A stretch of 41,845 nt of DNA, taken from UHGV virus genome UHGV-1350644, one strand, 5' to 3'. Each line of letters begins with the position of its first letter. Position 1 is the stretch's first letter. This DNA is from a virus. Below, in pieces: positions 16,785-24,600 of this stretch. The position numbers were made by a program, and so were the translations under genes. Below the pieces are notes generated by a model. It was given only the letters and a program-made list of their open reading frames with translations, was not told the origin of the DNA and did no database searches.

Positions 16785-17867
16785 ATGGATTACATCAGAA
16801 AAACATTTACCTTTGAGGGTAAACGGTACGCTGTCAGGGGGAAAACCGAAAAAGAAGCCATTATAAATATGGCAAATAAGATTCGTGACCTGGAAGAGGG
16901 AAAAGTGGTTGTGTCCGGAAATATGATGGTAAAAGACTGGACGGAAAAATGTATTGCCACATACAAAACAGGGCAAAGCGAAATAACAAGAAAAAAGTAT
17001 GTATCACGTATTAATTACTGTATTCTCCGTCATATCGGAAATAGACCCCTTAAATCAATCAAGCCTATAGATTGTCAATCAGTTCTTGCTTATCAAGAGG
17101 GCAATTCGCAATATCAAATCAACCAAGTGTATCAAGCATTACGCTTTATTTTCAGAACGGCAAAAGAAAATAAATTGATTCCAAACGACCCCACAGAGGG
17201 GCTAATGAAAAGCAAGAACGGAACAAAGAACGAAAGACGCTCCATGACAAAAGAAGAGGAAGAATGTTTTCTTACTGTTAACAGCAATCCACGATTCATG
17301 GTATTCAATTTGATGTATTACTGCGGACTTAGACCATCAGAAGCACGAGAAGTCATGAGAACGGATATTGCAAAAATTAAAGAGGATAACCTTGAATATA
17401 ATGTGCTGCACGTCAGAGGAACGAAAACAGGAAATGCAGACAGAAATGTGCCGATACCGGATGAATTGTTTTCTCTCATACAAGCCAATCCATCTCTTAC
17501 TTATATTGCACCGAATCAGAACGGAAATAAGCATGATGAGAAAAGTTTTCAGCGTGCATTTAATTCACTGCGAAGAGAGATGAACATTCAAATGGGATGC
17601 CGTACTTACAGAAACCAATTAATACCGCCTTATCCTTTAGCTGATGATTTTGTGCCATATTGTCTCCGGCATACATATTGTACCAATTTATGCAGAAAAA
17701 AGGTGGATATACGCATAGCAAAGTATCTTATGGGGCATGCAGATATACGCATAACTGCGAATATATATACACATGTTGACAATTCAGACGTGACCGAAGC
17801 GGCAAAATTAATTTCACAGGGTGTGACACAAGGTGTGACACTAACAGCTGTAACCATTGAAAAATAG
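16785..17867 (+). CDS. int: tyrosine integrase
   Basis: Catalytic R...K...HxxR...H...Y pattern (LRPSEAREV; HVRGTKTGNADRNVPI; LRHTYCTNL; LMGHADIRITANIYTHV). Confidence 0.9.
   Translation: MDYIRKTFTFEGKRYAVRGKTEKEAIINMANKIRDLEEGKVVVSGNMMVKDWTEKCIATYKTGQSEITRKKYVSRINYCILRHIGNRPLKSIKPIDCQSVLAYQEGNSQYQINQVYQALRFIFRTAKENKLIPNDPTEGLMKSKNGTKNERRSMTKEEEECFLTVNSNPRFMVFNLMYYCGLRPSEAREVMRTDIAKIKEDNLEYNVLHVRGTKTGNADRNVPIPDELFSLIQANPSLTYIAPNQNGNKHDEKSFQRAFNSLRREMNIQMGCRTYRNQLIPPYPLADDFVPYCLRHTYCTNLCRKKVDIRIAKYLMGHADIRITANIYTHVDNSDVTEAAKLISQGVTQGVTLTAVTIEK
17820..17841 (+). repeat. attP left-arm direct repeats GGTGTGACAC, two copies
   Basis: ggtgtgacacaaggtgtgacac overlapping the int 3' end. Confidence 0.5.
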
Positions 17868-17877
17868 CCATTTTTCT

Positions 17878-17927
17878 TCGCACTACGAATGCGAAGGTTG
17901 AGGGTTCGAGTCCCCCATGGCGCACCA
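17878..17927 (+). other. attP core: 3' half of tRNA-Arg(ACG), anticodon stem-loop through CCA, with no 5' half
   Basis: tcgca-ctACGaa-tgcga anticodon arm, GGTTCGAGTCC T-loop, atggcgc-a-cca 3' end. The upstream sequence is not tRNA-like. Confidence 0.65.
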
Positions 17928-17934
17928 ACTTATA

Positions 17935-17970
17935 AACCTTGGAATTTCAACGATTCCAAGGTTTTTTCTT
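17935..17970 (+). terminator. rho-independent terminator after int and attP
   Basis: ccttggaat-ttcaacg-attccaagg hairpin followed by ttttttc. Confidence 0.65.
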
Positions 17971-18032
17971 GCTCTAAAATATGTAATTAACTGTCAAAAA
18001 AACAGCAAAAATGGGGTCAAAAAGTGGTATTT

Positions 18033-18071
18033 GGTGTGACACTAGGTGTGACACTTTTTGCTGTGTCACAC
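18033..18071 (+). repeat. attP right-arm repeats: GGTGTGACAC twice, plus one inverted copy GTGTCACAC
   Basis: ggtgtgacactaggtgtgacac ... gtgtcacac. Confidence 0.5.
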
Positions 18072-18116
18072 TTTACGGTACTAAAATCTCAAAAAGAATA
18101 TTTATTCAAAAACAAA

Positions 18117-18144
18117 AACAGCCCCGGAAGAGGGCTGTTTTTTG
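18117..18144. terminator. Bidirectional terminator between attP and the moron island
   Basis: acagccccggaagagggctgt hairpin with an A-run before it and a T-run after it. Confidence 0.55.
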
Positions 18145-18277
18145 CTGTAAAAATAATCTGTGAGAATTAAAAAGACAATCTTTACAAGAACGATTTGAAA
18201 AACTAATTTAAGAAAGTATTTTAGAACATTTACAATTATATTATATATGATTTCTAAAAATCCGAAAGACAAAATTT

Positions 18278-18715
18278 TCAAGACATGAAATATTTTGCGA
18301 CTTTATATTTCTTTCCGTCCTCGTCCTGGATAAAATCTCTTGCGATGCTGTAATAAAACTCTGCATCTTCTGCCATACCGACCATTACTGCGGTATTATG
18401 GTAATCATTATATGCCATATTCATTGTCATATACCATTCGCAAAGTTTATCTGATATACCTTTATTTCTTAAAAAATCTTTGACTGTATCGAAAGACCAT
18501 TTTTCTCCGTATGGACGCATTTCACGCACGATCTCTTTTGCTTTCTCCGGTGCTATTTTATATGCAACTTCTCCAAGTTTTTCCATTACGCAAGAATAAT
18601 AGGATGGGTCATAAGCTTTTAACTTTTCCATAGCTTCATCCACTGCGTAATGTACAAAATCCCAATCAGGGTCATTCCTTTTGGCTATAAGATTAATCAA
18701 TCCCATGTATTCCAT
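18278..18715 (-). CDS. Moron gene E: helical cytoplasmic protein, unknown function
   Basis: ORF between the late terminator and attP. Confidence 0.45.
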   Translation of the reverse strand: MEYMGLINLIAKRNDPDWDFVHYAVDEAMEKLKAYDPSYYSCVMEKLGEVAYKIAPEKAKEIVREMRPYGEKWSFDTVKDFLRNKGISDKLCEWYMTMNMAYNDYHNTAVMVGMAEDAEFYYSIARDFIQDEDGKKYKVAKYFMS

Positions 18716-18728
18716 AGGTTCGCCCCCC

Positions 18729-19121
18729 TTACTGGATCCTCTGCACTGTTACAATTGCATTATTGATTGTGGCTGCCGCAGACAATCTGAACGATAATGC
18801 AATCTCTGTTCCGAGGTTATTTTTTACTGCTCTGATAATATCGGTAAGATTCAATGTGATTAAATCTGTTGCTGCGGTAGATGTTGCACTGGCTATTGCA
18901 TCCGGTATTGCTACTCCATTATTGAACATCTGCAAAGACACGTTCCCCGCAGCCACTCCTGTAATGTTGAACAGTGCCGCTACATCATACGCACCACAAG
19001 CGTTAATTCTTATACGATTACCATTAATTCCTGTGCGGCAATTCGTGTTAAAGATTAAGTTTAACGGAATATCTGTTCCGGCTGTTACTGCTGTTGCAGT
19101 TGTAATATTTGCTTTTAACAT
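18729..19121 (-). CDS. Moron gene D: C1q/TNF-like (BclA C-terminal-domain-like) beta-rich protein
   Basis: The start was moved to MLKANITT (RBS aaagggga; a GC hairpin ggcggggaatccccgcc lies upstream). NITGVAAGNVSLQMFNNGVAIPDAIASAT resembles the BclA-C/C1q jelly-roll. Confidence 0.35.
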   Translation of the reverse strand: MLKANITTATAVTAGTDIPLNLIFNTNCRTGINGNRIRINACGAYDVAALFNITGVAAGNVSLQMFNNGVAIPDAIASATSTAATDLITLNLTDIIRAVKNNLGTEIALSFRLSAAATINNAIVTVQRIQ

Positions 19122-19179
19122 TTGTTTCCCCTTTCTAGGACAAAGGCGGGGATTCCCCCGCCAATTCCTCAACCTATCG

Positions 19180-19782
19180 TTACACTAAGGTAGTGCCAGT
19201 TATGCCAGGGCATGCGTTACCATAGGCAATCGGTGCCATGTAGTAGCCATACGGATTCGTTTTTGGAATACCGCATAATGCAGACTGAAGCTGTAACTGG
19301 TTAATCTGATTCTGCATTTCTGCCATTCTGTTTCCAGTAATAGCATCAAGAATCTTCTGTGTCTGTGCTGTAGTGTTGGCATTGATCGCAGCTGTATTGA
19401 TTGCTCCGTTGTAGTTTACACCATCAATGGCTCTCTGCGTTTCGCAGCAGCATTGTGCAAGCTGAGACTGCATTGTACCGAAATTGCGTAAAGTCTCATA
19501 ACCAAGGTTAGAAATACCATTCTGCAATCCCATGTAATCATTTTGCAGACTGTCACTAAGTCTGCCTACAGAATTTTCAAGGTTATTGAAATTCATAGCG
19601 TTGCAAAGTCCTGCTTCTGTTACTGGTCCGCCGGCACCATCTCTGCCTACACCAAAGAATCCACCGCCACCGATGAGCAGAAGAATCAGAAGTGCGAAAA
19701 CCCACAGTCCACCGCTAGACATTCCAGCGTTTTCCTTTCCTGTTACTGCTCCAATGTCAGCTAAGCTATAATTACTTTCCAT
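19180..19782 (-). CDS. Moron gene C: membrane protein with a Gly-rich segment, a CCC motif and a Q/N-rich coiled region
   Basis: TM helix GLWVFALLILLLIGGGGFFGV; the extracytoplasmic part carries 7 Cys. Confidence 0.45.
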   Translation of the reverse strand: MESNYSLADIGAVTGKENAGMSSGGLWVFALLILLLIGGGGFFGVGRDGAGGPVTEAGLCNAMNFNNLENSVGRLSDSLQNDYMGLQNGISNLGYETLRNFGTMQSQLAQCCCETQRAIDGVNYNGAINTAAINANTTAQTQKILDAITGNRMAEMQNQINQLQLQSALCGIPKTNPYGYYMAPIAYGNACPGITGTTLV

Positions 19783-19820
19783 GATAATACCCCTTTCATG
19801 TTATATATAAAATTGCAATT

Positions 19821-20069
19821 TTATCTAAGCATACCAAGAATCATATCGGGATTTACTCCCATTTCTTTGCACTTGTCATAGAACACTTGCTCCGGATTCT
19901 TGCCCTTTACCATATCCATGACTTCTTTCATTCTTGGGTCATTAGAGGACATCTGATTTAATGCACCCATCGGGTCAGATGCAGCTTGCACCATTCCCAT
20001 CATCTGCTTTACCTGTCCGACTATCGGAAGTATCTGTCCGACCTTGTTATTCTGTAATATAGGATTCAT
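19821..20069 (-). CDS. Moron gene B: Met/Gln-rich small protein
   Basis: ORF with RBS. Confidence 0.4.
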   Translation of the reverse strand: MNPILQNNKVGQILPIVGQVKQMMGMVQAASDPMGALNQMSSNDPRMKEVMDMVKGKNPEQVFYDKCKEMGVNPDMILGMLR

Positions 20070-20419
20070 TATTCTACCCCCTTATTTTCGCTTGTGAGCG
20101 AGTTTTGCAAGACTGTTGATAAATAATTCTTTAGTTCATCAAACTCACTTCTTTTGACGTATTCTTCCGGTTTGTCCTGTTTTGCTTCTACAAAGTCATA
20201 AGCTTTTACTGTCGCAAAGCCGGATGCATCCGCAGTCTTGATATAGAATCTTGGCATCTGTGAATCCATCAGCATGACTTGCTGATTCGGATACACCTTA
20301 TAAGCGTTTGCACTTTCCATTCCATTGACATATTGAATACCGCTTGTCTGTTGCATGGCTTGATAACTCTGTTGCTGCATTGCCTGCATAGGCGGCATCG
20401 GGTACATTGTATTGAACAT
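20069..20419 (-). CDS. Moron gene A: protein with a Q/M/P-rich low-complexity N-terminus
   Basis: The start was moved to MFNTMYPMPPMQ (RBS aggggga 7 nt upstream). The upstream ATG in the track would overlap the promoter. Confidence 0.4.
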   Translation of the reverse strand: MFNTMYPMPPMQAMQQQSYQAMQQTSGIQYVNGMESANAYKVYPNQQVMLMDSQMPRFYIKTADASGFATVKAYDFVEAKQDKPEEYVKRSEFDELKNYLSTVLQNSLTSENKGVE

Positions 20420-20442
20420 ATTTCTTTCCCCCTTATGCCTTA

Positions 20443-20471
20443 ATTTTAATGCCTGCATAAATCATCCTCAA
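20443..20471 (-). promoter_or_regulatory. Candidate sigma-A promoter for the moron island (TTGAGG-17-TAAAAT on the minus strand)
   Basis: Reverse complement reads ttgaggatgatttatgcaggcattaaaat; it lies between the late terminator and gene A. Confidence 0.4.
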
Positions 20472-20493
20472 TCGCACAAAAATGCACAAAAAA

Positions 20494-20523
20494 TGCGAAA
20501 AAAGCCGCCCCGAAGGACGGCTT
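20494..20523 (-). terminator. rho-independent terminator ending the late operon
   Basis: Minus strand: agccgtccttcggggcggct followed by tttttcgcatttttt. Confidence 0.6.
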
Positions 20524-20722
20524 AAATCAATTTCCCTATTTTCCTGTTTACCTTTTGTGATGTTCGTCTTGCTGTGTCTATTGATATATTTAAGCTTTCC
20601 GCAATTTCTGCTAAGGGAATGCCCTTGCTTCGCATCTCAAACACTGGTAGTTCGTAATTTACGAAGTTACAGTGTTTCTTGAGATATTCAAGTTCGGGCT
20701 TAGTAAAGCTATATATCAGCAT
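20522..20722 (-). CDS. Small sigma-70 region-4/LuxR-type HTH protein
   Basis: GIPLAEIAESLNISIDTARRTSQKV. Confidence 0.5.
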   Translation of the reverse strand: MLIYSFTKPELEYLKKHCNFVNYELPVFEMRSKGIPLAEIAESLNISIDTARRTSQKVNRKIGKLI

Positions 20723-20730
20723 GACTCCCC

Positions 20731-20922
20731 CTATTCTTTTACTTCCGGAAGTCCTGCAACACTTGTCAGCATGGATACAATGCCGGATACTGCCGCAGTG
20801 GATACTACTAATACCCAGTTTACATCTCCTAATGCTGCACTCGAACCGATAACTGCGATTGCTGACTGTGCCATTGTCTTGATTGCTCTTACTCCTGCTG
20901 CCTTAAACCATTTCTTTGACAT
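20731..20922 (-). CDS. holin (two TM helices; LL-H/phage_holin_4_1-like)
   Basis: MSKKWFKAAGVRAIKTMAQSAIAVIG...; two hydrophobic helices; next to the lysin. Confidence 0.6.
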   Translation of the reverse strand: MSKKWFKAAGVRAIKTMAQSAIAVIGSSAALGDVNWVLVVSTAAVSGIVSMLTSVAGLPEVKE

Positions 20923-20934
20923 GATTTACTCCTT

Positions 20935-21234
20935 TCAAATTTCATCGTGTCTGATTTCCAGTTTGCAGACACGCTCATATAATCTTTTAATTGTGCCATT
21001 ACCGCCCAATTCTCTGTATGATTCATATAGATCCGTGAGATTTTCCAAGTCCTCTGCAGTCAGATAATCTGCTTCGATATAGCAGATTAAAAGGTGCATC
21101 AGCCTGTCATGCAGCATTGCAAGCACGGCTTTTTCTACTGGTGTTTTCTTCTTAAATCTTGTCTGTAGAAACTGCCAAAAACCATTGCTCGCAAAAACAA
21201 TTCCCACGAATCCTAATATTGATGCTGTATCCAT
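20935..21234 (-). CDS. Membrane-anchored protein between lysin and holin (possible lysis regulator or second holin)
   Basis: One N-terminal TM helix. Confidence 0.3.
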   Translation of the reverse strand: MDTASILGFVGIVFASNGFWQFLQTRFKKKTPVEKAVLAMLHDRLMHLLICYIEADYLTAEDLENLTDLYESYRELGGNGTIKRLYERVCKLEIRHDEI

Positions 21235-21686
21235 TATAAAAGCTCCTTGAACGGTTTATTAATCTGTTTCCCTGTTCGGGTATCCCAGTGCATGAATTTA
21301 CTGGAATATTTAATGGAGCTGCCAAGATGAATGCCCCATGTATAAATGCCTGCTTCTCCTACTATGCCGTGAGATTCGCAGATTGACCGCCATTTCTTGG
21401 CATATTTGATAAAATCATCTTTCTTGACTCCGGGGGAACCCCAGTCTGTCGCACATCCCCTTAAATGAGATGAATTAGCATTACCGCCTACTTTCTTGTT
21501 GTAAGCGGCTGTCCGGTACCATCCGTTAACTCTCATAGGCTTTCCGTACCACTGCCGGAATTCTTCAAGGCACTGTGCATGAAGAAAAGCTTCCGCTGTT
21601 AGATTGATTGTTCCGCTTTGATGCTTTGCGTACTCTGCAAGGCTAAAATGCTTTGTTAAGCCTGTTACTTTGAATGTTACTGCCAT
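21234..21686 (-). CDS. Endolysin: peptidase M15 (VanY/L-Ala-D-Glu peptidase-like), single domain
   Basis: SSHLRGCATDW (SxHxxGxAxD) and the downstream HWD motif; similar to T5-type endolysins. Confidence 0.65.
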   Translation of the reverse strand: MAVTFKVTGLTKHFSLAEYAKHQSGTINLTAEAFLHAQCLEEFRQWYGKPMRVNGWYRTAAYNKKVGGNANSSHLRGCATDWGSPGVKKDDFIKYAKKWRSICESHGIVGEAGIYTWGIHLGSSIKYSSKFMHWDTRTGKQINKPFKELL

Positions 21687-21698
21687 AATGACTCCTTT

Positions 21699-24600
21699 CT
21701 AGTACGGACTATATTTAGCCGTACTCAATGCAAGAAATATTGCTCTCTTCTGTGCTGTACTGAAACCACCATTCTGATTGAAAAAAGATATGATTTCATC
21801 TTTGCTATAACTTCCATTACCATTTGCATCTATGACGGATGCTACTTGATCTAATAAGTCCGGTGTAACACCTGCTTGCTTCAACCATGTTGCACGCTTT
21901 ACGGCTCTTTCGGATGTCAGCACTATTGCTACATTTGGCGACTGCTCATTGTCAAGAAGTGCGTATGCTTGACCAATAGATTTTGAGTATCCGCTATCTT
22001 TCAAGATTTTCTTTGCACTCTCTACTTCTTTCAGCGTGACTCCTTGTGATTTCAATGCTGTTGCCTGTTCCACTGCACTTTCTGATGTCATAGCAATTGC
22101 AAGCTTGGCGGATTGTTTACCTTCAAGTAGTGCATAAGCTTTTGCAATACTACTGTCATAGTCTTGTGTTAATAATTTTGCTTTCGCATACTCTTCTTTG
22201 CCTATTCCAAGTGGTTTATATTTCTTCTCATAGCTTTCTTTCTGCGACTTATCCATTTCAGTCTCGTAAGTAGGATTTTTCGAATATTCAGAATTAGCTT
22301 GCTTGATTTTTTGGGCTGCACTCCTTGCGATCTCATTTTTCTGCTCTCTGATAGCCTTTATCTGACGTGTTTTATCTGCTACAGATAAATTACTATTTTG
22401 AATCTCACGTTCTTTCTTGGATAAATCGGATAATTCTGTTTGAATCTGCGTGTATACCTTATTTTCAATATACTCTTTGCCCTTTTTCCCTGTTGTGAGT
22501 TTCACATCATTATAGGCTCGTTCAGCAGCATCTTTTTTATCGTAGAAGTCCGAAACAACACCGGAAGAAAATCTAGGATCCGCTGTGAATTTGTCTTTAA
22601 ATGGGTCGATTGTGACTCCTTTAATTCTTTCTCCAAGCCCTTGTAATTGTGGGTCGGTTACGGCTTGCCCCATTTGCCCCATATAGCCACCGAAACTGTC
22701 GATTAAATAATCAACTTTCATCGGAGATTTCAGTGAATCAAATGGTAAATTCAAGTTATTTGCCACATTTGCAATTCCTTTAGCAAGCCCGCTTGTCGAG
22801 TAGTCATATTGCAGCTGCGGCGAAACATTTTCCATCGTTGACGGAACAATGGAACGTCCTGCAAAGTCTTTGTTGTTCGGAATATTGATTAAAAGCGGTG
22901 CTAAAACATTATCCGTGAGTGGGTTCGGTGGTAAGAAGTTATTCTTAAGAGTTTCTCCATACCCATTCCAAGGATTAGCTTCTCCACTTAAATATCCGCC
23001 TACAACATCAAGAGAAGATGCAAAAATAGAGCCATATTCCCTATTAAGTGGGATTCTGATAAATGTCTTTGCATAACCTTGTTCGTCTGTTTCGCCTGCA
23101 AGATTCGGTATGCAAAAATAATTCTGCTTGGTTCTATCATTCAAGTCTTGATAATGTGGGTTATCCCAGTTATATGCCATTAAAAGTGCATAGGGAACAC
23201 CGACAACACCGATACTTCTTGCCGCTGTTCTTACTGGATGTGCCTTTGCTACTCTTGCGAACTTGTCAATACCTTGAACTGCTGCATTGAGATACAATGT
23301 CCATGCATCCAATGCTTTTGTGACTTCTCCGGCTCTTGAAAAGTTTACAGTGACTTCCGCAGCTTCATTCAATGCCCTGTTTAAGTCTCCGTGAGTCTGC
23401 ATGGATGAAATAAATTCAGCCAGTCTTGGAATAGATTCTGTTGCTTCTCCGGCAGCACCTAAAACACTTTTCATGCCCTCCCATATTCTCCGAACAGGGT
23501 TCGGAGATACATTAAATGTCTTGTCAAATCCTCTATTGGCATGAATATAACCTGCTGATTTACCGCCTAATGCTTGGTATTTTCTCCACATTTCTCCGTT
23601 TGTAGCCATCTGATAAATGGCATTAAACATATTCTTTGTGGTTTTACCAACTCCATATTCAGACTGAATAAGTGCTGTCGGAATATCTCTTGCCATGTTA
23701 GAAATAGCGAATACCGGGTTATAACCTGTGATTCCGGCTTTCATCGGATTCGTAATTGTTTTACCTAGATTAGCGAATGCTTGTATATTCTTCGAACCGA
23801 TTACATTATCAAGTTTGCCCAGTGCTTCTGCTAAGTCGCTATTAATGTATGCCGTGACTTTTTCGCTATTCCTCATAGCAGAAATAGTATAAACTTTAGA
23901 GTTTATTTCCTTTAATGCTCCCTGTTCTGCTTCGGACAGAAAATCATCAATATTAAGGCTTTGCATAGGCTTTGTGTCTGCCACAACTCCAAATGTTTTC
24001 AGCTGTTCCGGATTGCTTTTCAGTGTATCAATTAAGTTTAAATACAAGTCGTTTTTCCTTGTAGTCTTAATCATTTGTGATACCTGTTCCATCATGGCAT
24101 CTTCAATCGGAATTGTTTCTGAATGACCACCGACAGCCTTTTTTACTCCCGAACCAATGCTATAATGGCTGCCGCCTACACTGACTCCACCGGCTTTATT
24201 CTTACGGAATGCCGGTACATAGTTCGGATACATCTTGTTCATGGCATCCCATGCAGATTCGCTCATTCTGCCTGTTTCTACAAGCCAAGAATGGGTAAAT
24301 TGCCGCCAATATGAGTTGATATTATCTGTTATTTCAGCAAATTCAGGATGCTTATTAAGCATTTCTTGAACAATTTTTGCCGATTCTTCCGAGGAATACT
24401 GCTTAAATACTGGTTTTCCCTGTTTCCATCGGTCAATGTTATTCAAATGTTGTGCGTAAATGTTGAAATCCTCTGAATTTTTCGATACTGGCTTGAAAAC
24501 ATCGTAAAAAGACCGATTATCAATGACTTCTCCTTTAGGATTGACAAGCTGTTTGGTGTAGATGTATTCTGCTGTTCCGCTCGATGTTCTAACGGCTTGC

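Noticed and set aside
17878-17927. Complete tRNA-Arg gene
   Set aside because: Only the anticodon arm through CCA is present. The upstream sequence (the int stop and ccatttttcttcg) cannot form a D-arm or a 5' acceptor strand. It is an att core fragment.
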